Part shown: positions 1 to 9,510 of the stretch, in pieces
Numbering within the stretch: the stretch's first letter is position 1
Layout: each line of letters starts with the position of its first letter
Source of the DNA: Desulfomonilia bacterium
GTDB lineage: Bacteria > Desulfobacterota > Desulfomonilia > UBA1062
Assembly (NCBI GenBank): GCA_963664325.2
Contig: CAXXDQ010000007.1
Coordinates: 128,001-192,000, forward strand
Length of the DNA stretch: 64,000 nucleotides
Direction: 5' to 3'
Program-made: the position numbers and the translations under genes
Notes under the pieces: model-generated
Databases searched by the model: none
What the model was told of the DNA's origin: nothing
What the model saw: the letters and a program-made list of their open reading frames with translations, nothing else

Positions 1-131
1 AGGCAGGTTCATGAATATCGGTTCCGGTTTTCACCTCTTTTTGCCGGTCTATTCTTGACAGCAGGTAATGATTGGACGGATAATGATTCCTGCTGGTTTT
101 TATTATTGCATATGCTGAGGAGGGTTAATCA

Positions 132-2267
132 ATGGGGCACCACGATTTTTCAAATCTGATCAGGATCGCGATAATTGTTCTTTTTCTTGCAGCCGGGTGT
201 TCAAACAGCAGTTCAGACGACGGCAGCGCCTTATCCGAAGAGGCGCCTGCGCTGAACCTCGTTGCTGATGCAGGCCCGGACAGGAAGATCGACATACCCG
301 GAAAAGTCATGTTTGAAACGCCCTCATGCGACGCGAGATCCGTTGAATGGGACTTCGGAGACGATAAAAATGCACAGGGCTGCCAGGTTGCGCATGCATA
401 CAAGGCCCCGGGTAAATATACTGTCAGGCTCACTGTCACGGGAGCTGATGGAAAAACCGCTTACGATACGTGCATTGTAACCGTCTATCCCATGGATTCG
501 GACAACGACCTGCTGGAAGATGCAATCGATGATGATCCTGAAAACGGCGACATCAATTCGCCAAGGGACAGCAAAGTTTTTTTCCTGGACACCTTTGACG
601 GAGAGAAGCTTGAATGCCAGCTCTTCCTTCCCAAAGGCGAGCCGCCGTATCCCGTCATAATGATCGGCCACGGATGGGACTCCGATCTTACCGAAATGGC
701 CGGACGTGCAAAGGATTATAGGGATGCTGGCTATGCGACATTCGTATGGTCTGCGCGCGGATGGGGCAAATCCACCGGGCTTATCAGGCTGGATTCGACC
801 AGGTATGAAATAAAAGACACCATAAGGCTGATAAACTGGCTTGCCGGGCAGAAGTTCGTAATTGAAGAGAACAAGCCGGAATGGTTTTTTGATAACGGCA
901 GGATCATCAACTATGATTTCGACCAGGACGGCATTGAGGAAAAAGACGACATACCCGGCGATGAAACGAGGGACTTCGTGCTCGGCTTGAACGGCTGTTC
1001 CTATGGCGGTTCCCTGCAGCTTCTGACCGCATCATACGACCACAGGATCGACTGCATATCACCGGAAAGGACATGGAACAACCTTCTTGACGCGCTGTGC
1101 CCCGGCGAATCGCTGAAAATCCTCTGGGCCGGGGGCTTCTACCTGCAGGGGATGGCCCGGTCGCTTCAGGGGACTGGCGTCGATCCTTTGCTGACGGACT
1201 TTATTTTGTCGCTGCTGCTGAAAGACGAAATCACACCGGATATGAAGGATCAGATGAGGCTCAGGTCGCCGTTCACGAGGTCGCGGTATGTGCTTGCACC
1301 GGCGCTTGTAATCCAGGGTGAATATGACACGATATTCGACCTCAACCAGGCGATAGCCAGTTTCGAACAGGTCCAGGCCAATGGCGTCGAGGCCAGGATG
1401 CACTGGTATGCGGGCGGGCACGGCTACCTGCCGGAAAATCCCCCTTACCATGAGGAGATCGTGCTGAAGTGGATGGACAGACATCTGAGGGGCCTTGATG
1501 TGGATACCGGCCCCGAATTGACCTATGACATTATCACGCCTGACGGTAATCAGGTCCGGTATTCGGGAAGCTGGCCCATGGTGGAAAAAGGACAGGAAAT
1601 GAAGCTGATGCTTCATTCCGGCGCGTCCGGGAATTTCCTGAAATGTGCGGCCAATGACAGCGGAAAAATCACGCTTGATCCCGCTGCGCTCGATTACGGC
1701 GGAGAAGAAGCCGGCGACACGTTTAAAAATATACCTTTGACCAAGACCAGCCTTTCTGAGATACAGGCCGTCCAGGGCATGCTGACCGACCCTCCGGACC
1801 CGTTTGATTCGCCTGAGACCTCGGTGACGTTTGAAAGCGAAGTTTTTAATGAAGACGCGGAAATAACGGGCATACCCCGCGCTGACCTGTGGCTTTCATC
1901 GAACTCGACGGACATAACCTATTTTATAAAGCTTTATGATGTCCCTCCGGGATTCTCGATAAATCCAGGCGGAAGCGCAGGCGCGGAAAAAATCAACACG
2001 GACGCCAGAGTCATAAACAACCATGTGACGCCCTTGAGGGTCTACACCGGAAAGGCGCAGGCAATCACCGGCAACCGGGTGGAGCACACTGTTGATTTGA
2101 GGGCGCTGGCCTATTTTATAAAGAAGGGTCACAGGATAAGGCTTACCATATCCACATCCGATTATTTCTTCCTGCAGTCCAGGAAACCTGGTACAGGCTA
2201 TGTATGGCATGATGCTGAACACCCCTCATGCCTGTGGCTGCCTGTAGTGAGGAAAGCAGACCGCTAG
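132..2267 (+). CDS. Lipoprotein with PKD domain and CocE/NonD (peptidase S15-like) alpha/beta-hydrolase
   Basis: Lipobox LAAGC; PKD signature (WDFGD...HAYKAPGKYTVRLTVT); nucleophile elbow GCSYGG; C-terminal jelly-roll with 'IKKGHRIRLTISTSD' typical of CocE/NonD proteins. Confidence 0.85.
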   Translation: MGHHDFSNLIRIAIIVLFLAAGCSNSSSDDGSALSEEAPALNLVADAGPDRKIDIPGKVMFETPSCDARSVEWDFGDDKNAQGCQVAHAYKAPGKYTVRLTVTGADGKTAYDTCIVTVYPMDSDNDLLEDAIDDDPENGDINSPRDSKVFFLDTFDGEKLECQLFLPKGEPPYPVIMIGHGWDSDLTEMAGRAKDYRDAGYATFVWSARGWGKSTGLIRLDSTRYEIKDTIRLINWLAGQKFVIEENKPEWFFDNGRIINYDFDQDGIEEKDDIPGDETRDFVLGLNGCSYGGSLQLLTASYDHRIDCISPERTWNNLLDALCPGESLKILWAGGFYLQGMARSLQGTGVDPLLTDFILSLLLKDEITPDMKDQMRLRSPFTRSRYVLAPALVIQGEYDTIFDLNQAIASFEQVQANGVEARMHWYAGGHGYLPENPPYHEEIVLKWMDRHLRGLDVDTGPELTYDIITPDGNQVRYSGSWPMVEKGQEMKLMLHSGASGNFLKCAANDSGKITLDPAALDYGGEEAGDTFKNIPLTKTSLSEIQAVQGMLTDPPDPFDSPETSVTFESEVFNEDAEITGIPRADLWLSSNSTDITYFIKLYDVPPGFSINPGGSAGAEKINTDARVINNHVTPLRVYTGKAQAITGNRVEHTVDLRALAYFIKKGHRIRLTISTSDYFFLQSRKPGTGYVWHDAEHPSCLWLPVVRKADR

Positions 2268-2297
2268 CGGACATTTGAATTGTTCAAGGGGGATTGT

Positions 2298-3341
2298 ATG
2301 AAGAGACTTCCTGTCTTTACCATGATGGTTATCATCGCAGCTGTTTTTTCATCCGGATGCCTCCAGTCAAAAGAGAAGACCGTGATCATGACAAACGGCT
2401 GGGCTGAAAATCATTTTTACACAAAGGACGGCAGGCTCTTCGTTACCGGGGAGAAGAATGTCTATGAAGTCTTAAGCCCTGAAAAAGGGAAATATGAGAG
2501 GGTCACTCTTTACAATGTAATGAGCGGCTGCATTCCGAAAGGGATAATGCACATGTTTCACGGAATAGCCGAATACAACGGCTATCTTTTCCTTGCCTGC
2601 AACAGGCTTTCAGTTGAAGGGATAATCCCGATGCTGTTCTATGCCAGGCTTGAGGACATAAAGACAGATGAAAATGGCAGGCCGATTGAAAACCTTTTCA
2701 GGGAAGTGAGGATCAACAGTCTTAGTATAACCGGCACTGCGAAGGTTTCATATGCAAACGGCATGGCTATAGACAGAAACGGCCATATCTATATTGCAGA
2801 TTCACTCGGCCAAAGCCAGGGCATTGAAAGGCTTACAATAGGGGACCTTGAAGACGGCGATGCCTCAAACGACGTTTCAGATCTCAGGACCCTGATCAGC
2901 GGCCACGCGAACGGCATTACGATTGACGGGGACACCCTTTATTACACGCACGGCGAAAACGGAATATTCATGGTCAAGAAGCTTGACCTGAATATGGTGG
3001 GAGAAGACGCTGAAGGGAACCTCACGGTTGTCGAGCAGGACCCGATGCTGTTGACGGACGAGTATGTCTATGACGACCTTTCAGTATATGAAACGCCAAC
3101 AGGCCGGGGCCTGCTGGTGGCAAACTTTAGTGGATGTTCCATAATCGCCGCCCCGTTCCCGGACATGAACAATAAAATAGAGATTAAGAAGGGATCGTTT
3201 GCAAACCCGTCATCGGTCCGGCAGGCCAGGTCGGCCATGTTCGAGGGCGATGAAATCACGGTGACGGAACTGGGTCCCTATGGAATGTCCCCGAATGCAG
3301 GCAACAGGCTCAGCAGCTTTGTCTGCGACAGCCTCCCTTGA
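2298..3341 (+). CDS. Putative lipoprotein, SMP-30/gluconolactonase-like beta-propeller
   Basis: Lipobox FSSGC after a hydrophobic stretch; repeated 'ANGMAID..G.IYIAD' and 'ANGITIDGDTLY' blade motifs; ATG at 2298 follows AGGGGG. Confidence 0.6.
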   Translation: MKRLPVFTMMVIIAAVFSSGCLQSKEKTVIMTNGWAENHFYTKDGRLFVTGEKNVYEVLSPEKGKYERVTLYNVMSGCIPKGIMHMFHGIAEYNGYLFLACNRLSVEGIIPMLFYARLEDIKTDENGRPIENLFREVRINSLSITGTAKVSYANGMAIDRNGHIYIADSLGQSQGIERLTIGDLEDGDASNDVSDLRTLISGHANGITIDGDTLYYTHGENGIFMVKKLDLNMVGEDAEGNLTVVEQDPMLLTDEYVYDDLSVYETPTGRGLLVANFSGCSIIAAPFPDMNNKIEIKKGSFANPSSVRQARSAMFEGDEITVTELGPYGMSPNAGNRLSSFVCDSLP

Positions 3342-3373
3342 CCTGAAGGACTGGAACCCTTTGACACCGGCCC

Positions 3374-4489
3374 CTATGGCACGAGGCTGGTTCTGGTAGC
3401 CAGTCCCTTATCCTGGTCCTCGAATGCCTTGTTTATCTGATCCAGAGGATAGGAAGTGCAGAGTATCTTCTCGAACGGGTACCTGTGCTTTGTACGGCTC
3501 AGGAAATCCAGGGCTTTCTTCAAAGCCTCAGCCGGGTAAAGCATGCATGTGACAATGCTTTTGCTGCTGATGACAAGTGATGAGGGGTCGAACTCGATAT
3601 ATTTCATCGGGTTTATATTCCCGAGTTCGAGGTAGCGCCCCCCGTTCCCCAGCATGCTTATGCCCTCGGAGATTACCTGGGGTGAGCCCACAAGCTCGGC
3701 CACGACATCGGCTCCCCAGCCGCCTGTAAGCATCTTTACGCGCATCACGCGTTCAAAGGGAAGCTTGAGTTCCCGCGTGTCGATTATCTCGTCGGCGCCG
3801 AATTCCCTGGCAAGCCTGAGTCGCTCATCGATGCCGTCGATGACGATGACTTTTGCTGCGCCCATGTCTTTGGCTACCGCTGTAGCATAGATGCCGAGTC
3901 CGCCTGCACCCTGTATGGCGATGGTCTCGCCGAAACGCAGTCCCGCCTTCTCCAGCCCGTAGATGATCTGGGACAGTGCGCAGTTGGCTGCGGCCACCAT
4001 ATCGTCGGTAAGATCGTCGGGCACCTTGAACACCGTCTGTTCGGGCAGGAGGTAGTAATACTCTGCATAGGCCCCGCGGAAGTGGGGAGGGTTATCGCAG
4101 GGGTTTATCACTGTGAGATTGCCGTTCGGGCAGGCGGCGTCGTCACCGCTCATGCAGGCTTTGCAGTGTCCGCAGGGAACGAAATACCGATAGACCACCC
4201 TGTCACCCTCTGCCAGAGGCTGGCCTGCCGAGTCTGTGCTTACGCCGTCTCCCAGCTTGGCGATTGTTCCCACCATTTCGTGCCCCAGTATGACCGGCAG
4301 AGGCTGGCCGAGAGAGGCCAGGTCTATGTCTCCACGCCATATATGCAGGTCCGAGCCGCAGATGTTGGCCCTTCTCATTTTAATCAGGATGCCTCCCGGT
4401 TCCGGGTCGGTCACCGGATATTCCACGATTTCCATGGGATACCCCAGCCCTTTATAGATTGCCGCCCTGCCTGTTTTTATCTTGGTCAT
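3374..4489 (-). CDS. Zinc-binding (medium-chain) alcohol dehydrogenase
   Basis: CGSD, GHE, structural Zn CGHCKAC...C and GAGGLG motifs; start reassigned to ATG 4489 behind GGAGG. Confidence 0.9.
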   Translation of the reverse strand: MTKIKTGRAAIYKGLGYPMEIVEYPVTDPEPGGILIKMRRANICGSDLHIWRGDIDLASLGQPLPVILGHEMVGTIAKLGDGVSTDSAGQPLAEGDRVVYRYFVPCGHCKACMSGDDAACPNGNLTVINPCDNPPHFRGAYAEYYYLLPEQTVFKVPDDLTDDMVAAANCALSQIIYGLEKAGLRFGETIAIQGAGGLGIYATAVAKDMGAAKVIVIDGIDERLRLAREFGADEIIDTRELKLPFERVMRVKMLTGGWGADVVAELVGSPQVISEGISMLGNGGRYLELGNINPMKYIEFDPSSLVISSKSIVTCMLYPAEALKKALDFLSRTKHRYPFEKILCTSYPLDQINKAFEDQDKGLATRTSLVP

Positions 4490-4683
4490 ATAACCTCCCT
4501 TCATTTCGCCACGGTATAATAATATGCCGAGATATTTAACATGACAGGCCATGCCGTGTAAACGCTCAGGAAGGCCTGTCCTTGCAGGGAAGGGGCAGGT
4601 AATGACAATTTAAAATCTTTGCTAAGGCCTTTTATCCCGGTTGCAGATGTATTGAATGGAGATTTCTCAAGGCTTGACAGCCA

Positions 4684-5112
4684 TTACTTCTTTGTGTCTT
4701 CAGCAGGAGGCGCGGAGTAGTCACGCACATGGGCGTCCTTCCTGGCCTCGGCCAGTTCCTCCACGGCCTTGAAGTCCAGGAGATATTCTATCATGCCCAG
4801 GTATTTGCCGGACTTGTCCCTGACTGCCAGAAAGCGGTTCATTATCTTCCTGTCCGGGAAAAGAAGCCAGAATTCCTCCTCGTCTTTAACGCCCGACTTG
4901 AGGTTTGACACAAAGCTTTCGACCCTGGAAAGGCTCTCAGGCTTGTGGCAGCCCCGTATGTCCTTTCCGAAGACGTCGGCCGGAGAAGGCCTTGACCTCT
5001 TATCACCCTTGTTCGCATACAGGAGCTTTTCGTTTTCGTCGATAAAGATGAATTCTATGGGCAGTGCATCCAGAATGGCTTCCATTTGTTCGCGGCTCAG
5101 GTTTTCGATCAT
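4684..5112 (-). CDS. Stand-alone PAS-domain protein (PAS_10/DUF438-associated type)
   Basis: 'ILDALPIEFIFIDENE', 'GKDIRGCH' and 'AVRDKSGKYLG' pattern; RBS AGGAGA before ATG 5112. Confidence 0.8.
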   Translation of the reverse strand: MIENLSREQMEAILDALPIEFIFIDENEKLLYANKGDKRSRPSPADVFGKDIRGCHKPESLSRVESFVSNLKSGVKDEEEFWLLFPDRKIMNRFLAVRDKSGKYLGMIEYLLDFKAVEELAEARKDAHVRDYSAPPAEDTKK

Positions 5113-5252
5113 GATTCTCTCCTTTTCCGGTTCTGATTTGCATGGTTTATACATGATGCCGGAATGGAAGACAATTAAGGACATCCTTGGCGAACACTTG
5201 CAACAAATTGATTTAAATTATTTTCAAATATGGTGACCCTGTCCGTTTTTTA

Positions 5253-5594
5253 TCAAGCCTTTTCATAGATCTCCTGCCAGCGCTTGTCATCTGATGTGCT
5301 CTTGATCCTGATTGCCCCTTCACCCTTTTTAGGGTTAACCCACAATATCACACCTTCGATTGTAATGTTTTCGGAGGGGATCATAATTTGGAGTGACTTG
5401 CCGATGTAATCTTTAGGCTGAATAGTGGCGCTTGCTTTGAAGAGTTGCTGGCACATAAGGCACATGCTGTCCTTGCTGATATCTTTTAACATGCCGCGTG
5501 CATTGAACAGCTTTCCTAATTTGATCAAGAACATGATCTTGACCAGTTTCCTCTTATGTTTCCTTCGCTCTTGACCGGTATTGCCAGCTTCCAT
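5253..5594 (-). CDS. PilZ-domain (c-di-GMP-binding-like) protein
   Basis: ERRKHKR (RxxxR) and DIS(K)D (D/NxSxxG-like, degenerate) motifs. Confidence 0.7.
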   Translation of the reverse strand: MEAGNTGQERRKHKRKLVKIMFLIKLGKLFNARGMLKDISKDSMCLMCQQLFKASATIQPKDYIGKSLQIMIPSENITIEGVILWVNPKKGEGAIRIKSTSDDKRWQEIYEKA

Positions 5595-5624
5595 TAAGAA
5601 ACCTCCGCAAGAATTAGTAGGGAA

Positions 5625-6717
5625 TAGGGGACGCTGATGATAAAATGACTATAGCTCTGTAGCAAGGCATATTTTCTCATCATTGATTATCCTCTCTCCT
5701 TCTTTTACCGCACGGGATACTCCCGACTGTGTCATACCAAGGTGCTTGCCCAGTTCTGTCCCGATAATGCCAAGTTCTATCACACACCAATAACAGAACA
5801 CCCTTCTCGCTTTTACCAGTTGGCGATTTCTTAAACGATTGCTGAGAGGGTTTACCCCAAATATTTCTTCAACCTTTTCCGCTGCTTTCTTCATATCATA
5901 GCCGGAAAGTCTCAACTTGAGTCTATTATTTAATCTCTCTTCGGCATTTAGCAATATCTTTTCAACAAAATCACTGCTGCCGAGCATGCGTTCATCTCCT
6001 TTTGCCTTGAACCCCTTCGATTTTTCAGACAAAAGAGCCTCCCACCCGCCTGCGCTCCTTATAAGTCCTCCGCCGGTCAAGTCGGGCCGCTTCCCTTTCT
6101 CAATACCCGCCTTCATATATTCACGATAAATCCTTCTTGCCGATTTTTGCTTTTTGTCAAACTGCATCAGAATATAATCAGCATCCAGAAAAGAAGATTC
6201 CCCTTTAATCATAGCCGAATGGCCGCTGTAAGCGTAAGCGTCAAGTTCTTCCATTGTTTTTACCAGTCCGGCGCGCAATGGGTTGAGATGAATATACCTT
6301 ACAAGTTCGAGCAGGTATGTTTCCTCCTCGCACAGGATTGATTTATATCTGTTCTGAAACAGATGGCCGTGTCTTTTATATTTGCGGTTATAATACTGTG
6401 CATATCCTGTAAGAAGCCTTCGCATTACAGTTGTTATCGGGGATGCTCCGGTCCTGAGCAGCAGGTGAAAGTGATTGGGAATAAGGGCCCATGCATAGCA
6501 GGCGGTCTTTGTCTCATTCGCTATCAATGCAAGGCGTTTTAAAAAGAATTCCCGGTCCTCGTCGTCGTTAAAAATCCTGCGTCTTTCAATTCCCCTGACT
6601 ACTATATGATGTATGGCCCCGGGGCCGTCTATCCTCGATTGTCTTGGCATGATATCTTTCTAACGATAATTTAACACTATTTCAAGTCTATAATCATATT
6701 ATCATCAGCGTCCCCTA
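5625..6717. mobile_element. Y1-transposase element bounded by 30-bp inverted repeats
   Basis: 5625-5654 TAGGGGACGCTGATGATAAAATGACTATAG versus reverse complement of 6688-6717 TAGGGGACGCTGATGATAATATGATTATAG (28/30 identical), enclosing only the transposase gene. Confidence 0.8.
5649..6650 (-). CDS. HUH/Y1 tyrosine transposase (RAYT/TnpA-Y1-like) with C-terminal HTH
   Basis: MPR...HHIVVRGIERRRIF start, HUH motif NHFHLL, GHLFQNRYKS, catalytic YIHLNP; C-terminal HTH 'ELGKHLGMTQSGVSRAV'. Confidence 0.92.
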   Translation of the reverse strand: MPRQSRIDGPGAIHHIVVRGIERRRIFNDDEDREFFLKRLALIANETKTACYAWALIPNHFHLLLRTGASPITTVMRRLLTGYAQYYNRKYKRHGHLFQNRYKSILCEEETYLLELVRYIHLNPLRAGLVKTMEELDAYAYSGHSAMIKGESSFLDADYILMQFDKKQKSARRIYREYMKAGIEKGKRPDLTGGGLIRSAGGWEALLSEKSKGFKAKGDERMLGSSDFVEKILLNAEERLNNRLKLRLSGYDMKKAAEKVEEIFGVNPLSNRLRNRQLVKARRVFCYWCVIELGIIGTELGKHLGMTQSGVSRAVKEGERIINDEKICLATEL

Positions 6718-6799
6718 GTGGTCTCCTAGTGGTTACCTGAACGATAATTATGCCTGCGTTATGTAAGAATTCTGCGCCAACCATGACGGCGGGTACAGT

Positions 6800-6834
6800 A
6801 AAAAGCCACGGCAACGAAAAAAGATTGCCGTGGC
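6800..6834 (-). terminator. Probable intrinsic terminator after the Rhs/immunity pair
   Basis: Perfect 10-bp stem GCCACGGCAA (6805-6814)/TTGCCGTGGC (6825-6834) followed by a T-run on the minus strand. Confidence 0.6.
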
Positions 6835-6846
6835 GGGTTTTGAATA

Positions 6847-7239
6847 TTAAGCCTTTATAAAAAATCGTTTAAACAATGAAATGATAAAAAATGTGATGCA
6901 GTGTCCTCCAAAAAGAAATCCAAACAACATTGTTGTCGATAATAAATGTTGAAAGGAGAACGGAACCAAGTCTTTTACTAATCCCGGATAAATTAAGAAA
7001 CCTATTATCTGATAAAAAACCACAAAGCTTAATGACAGCCCACATGAAAGATAAATTAAGTGATTTCGAGTTAGTTTTTTTACAGCGTGAATAAAAACAA
7101 TAATCAAAATCCCAAACATAATGATCACTGATATTTGTTTTATTTGCATAGATAAATTGGCCTTGCTCATGGAGATGTACAAGCCAAGCGCTCCACATTC
7201 CAACAATACTCCCAAGATAAAATAGCTGATTATTATCAT
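6847..7239 (-). CDS. Small multi-TM membrane protein, putative immunity protein of the upstream Rhs toxin
   Basis: AT-rich, about 4 hydrophobic segments, start overlaps the toxin stop codon. Confidence 0.55.
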   Translation of the reverse strand: MIIISYFILGVLLECGALGLYISMSKANLSMQIKQISVIIMFGILIIVFIHAVKKLTRNHLIYLSCGLSLSFVVFYQIIGFLIYPGLVKDLVPFSFQHLLSTTMLFGFLFGGHCITFFIISLFKRFFIKA

Positions 7240-8066
7240 TTATATTTCACCTTGACCTTGACTGGACCTCGATGCTTTTTTAGAATTGGAAACAACTTAA
7301 CATCACCACTCCCAATGTCTATACAACCGGCAGACCCAGGTTTTTCCCCGCCATGTAAAAAGAAATTGTCTCTGCCTTTTGTATCTGTTGCACAAGGATC
7401 AGCATGAAGAGGCGCACGATATTCACCCCAATCGGCAATACCTAATAGCTGCATTATTTCCCTGGCAATTCCGGCTTTACTTATTTCTGAGGGGTATAAA
7501 CTATAAACCCCTTCGGGAATTGGCCCATAAAATGGTACACTTGTATCAGTTACACCATCTCTGCCAGATGTTGCCGGATACGTGCCAATAGGATTTCCAT
7601 CATCGTTATAATGAGTTACTCTTCCACCATCGAATAAGAGGCTATCAAGACCGCTGGGATCAACCCAATTCACCGGGTCATTGACGCAATAACCATACAA
7701 ATTTGTATCCCCCCCTGCAAAGAATATCGGGTCTTTGGCTGTCCAGCGTCCGGTCTCTGTGTCATAGTCTCTATACCCGAACCTGCACAACCTGGTCTTA
7801 GCGTCATACAGCCCGCCCGCAAAGCCGAAAGGCACATCCAGCGTGGGATTGGTATCGTTTATCACGTATCCGAACGTATCATAATTAATGCGCTTCTGAA
7901 CCTCTCCGTCGGAGTCTATAACAAGCCTCAGGCTTCCCACCTGGTCATAGGCCAGGTAGTACCTTATACCTCCGCCTGTAGTCATTGAAACCGGCATCCT
8001 GCCGTCCGCATACTCGAACCTGTATTTCAGATTGTCGCTGTTGTCATCATTCGCTTCCCGGCACAT
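7236..8066 (-). pseudogene. Orphan Rhs fragment: RHS repeat-associated core plus L,D-transpeptidase-like (DUF2778/Tlde1-like) C-terminal toxin
   Basis: PFGFAGGLYD...RFGYRDYD...GRWTAKDPI...NLYGYC..DPVNWVDPSG core; toxin tip with GPIPEG and FFLHGG...SAGC (HxxxxxxSxGC); no Rhs body and no convincing start, begins at the rne/rng stop. Confidence 0.85.
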
Positions 8067-9510
8067 CGATGATTACCTCATCCGGCTTTGCGGCAAGACT
8101 GTCCAGCACCTGAATCTCGACCGAATAGTCCTTCTCCAGTTTTGCCAAACGGCCGCGGTATTTGTTGAGAAGGGACATGGCCGCATCCCTCTGGAGCGTT
8201 ACCTTTATATGCTTCTGCTTGCTGCGGTCCAGGAAGAGGTGGATTTCCCTCAGGGCCATGAGGGCTGAAGATTCGGTTGACCGCACAATGCCGTGCCCGT
8301 TGCAGCAGGGGCAGACGATATGGCTCTTTTCGAGTATCGGCGGAGAAAGCCTCTCCCTGGACATCTCGAGTATGCCGAACTGGGAAATGCGGCTTATCCT
8401 CGAATGGGCCCGGTCGTTTTTGAGTGCGTCCTTGAGCGTTTTCTCGACCTTTTTTATGTTGTCCTTCAATTTCATATCGATAAAATCAATGACCACCAGC
8501 CCGCCAAGGTCCCTCAAAATGAGCTGTCTGGCTATTTCTGCCGCCGCCTCGAGGTTCGTGTTTAGCGCGGTTTCCTCCATGTCCTTCCCGCTGCTGGCCT
8601 GGCCTGAATTGACGTCGATTGACACCAGGGCCTCGGTCGGATCTATCACTATATGGCCGCCGCTCTTGAGCTTTACATTGCGGCCGTAAACGCTCATAAG
8701 CTGCTTTTCAAGCTCGTATTTCGTGAACAGGGGCTTGGATTCCCTGTACAGTTTCAAGAGGCCCTTGTAGCCGGGCATTACGCTTTTCATGAAGGACACG
8801 GCCTTTTTAAAGGTCGCTTCGCCGTCGATAAGGACTTCCTTCATGTCGGTGCTGAAATAATCCCTGATGGAGCGGATAACCACGTCATCCTCGGAATAGA
8901 TAAGGGCGGGTGATGCGGCGGTCACATAATCGTCTTCGATCTTTTTCCAGAGCTTGAGGACATAATTGAGGTCGCGCTGGAGTTCGGTCTTGGAGCGGTC
9001 CATGCCCGCGGTCCGCACGATGATTCCCGATTCTTTGGGCGGGTTGAGCTGCTTTACGATGTCTTTGAGGCGGTTCCTCTGCTCGTCGTCCTCGATCTTG
9101 CGGGAAATCCCGGATGAATCCTGGCCCGGAAGAAGCACCATGTACCTTCCGGCCAGCGAGATATTCATGGTTGCAAGCGCCCCTTTTGCGGACTTTTCGT
9201 CGCGGACCACCTGCACCATGATTTCCATGCCGTTTTGAATCTGCCTGGAAGGCTCTTTCCCGGGTTTTGCGTTCGGGATGAAAGAAAGGTTTATATCGTG
9301 CATGGGGAGGAAGGCGTTCTTCTCGCGGCCGATTTCTACAAAGACGGCATTCAGGCCTTTTTCGATGCGGGAAATTTTCCCCTTGTAGATATTGCCCTTG
9401 ATCTGCTCCTTCATGGAGCTTTCGATGAAGATTTCCTTTAAAGTCCCGTCCTCGACCACGGCAACCCTGATCTCTTCAGGATGAACCGCATCTATCAGCA
9501 TTTTTTTCAT
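8047..9510 (-). CDS. Ribonuclease E/G family (catalytic domain only)
   Basis: GNIYKGKI S1 domain, IDVNSG, LRDLGGLVVIDFIDM, CPCCNGHG Zn-link. Confidence 0.93.
   Translation of the reverse strand: MKKMLIDAVHPEEIRVAVVEDGTLKEIFIESSMKEQIKGNIYKGKISRIEKGLNAVFVEIGREKNAFLPMHDINLSFIPNAKPGKEPSRQIQNGMEIMVQVVRDEKSAKGALATMNISLAGRYMVLLPGQDSSGISRKIEDDEQRNRLKDIVKQLNPPKESGIIVRTAGMDRSKTELQRDLNYVLKLWKKIEDDYVTAASPALIYSEDDVVIRSIRDYFSTDMKEVLIDGEATFKKAVSFMKSVMPGYKGLLKLYRESKPLFTKYELEKQLMSVYGRNVKLKSGGHIVIDPTEALVSIDVNSGQASSGKDMEETALNTNLEAAAEIARQLILRDLGGLVVIDFIDMKLKDNIKKVEKTLKDALKNDRAHSRISRISQFGILEMSRERLSPPILEKSHIVCPCCNGHGIVRSTESSALMALREIHLFLDRSKQKHIKVTLQRDAAMSLLNKYRGRLAKLEKDYSVEIQVLDSLAAKPDEVIIDVPGSE

Noticed and set aside
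6662-6749. 10-bp direct repeat AACGATAATT either side of the right inverted repeat
   Set aside because: AT-rich and short, and it does not flank the whole element, so it is not a target-site duplication
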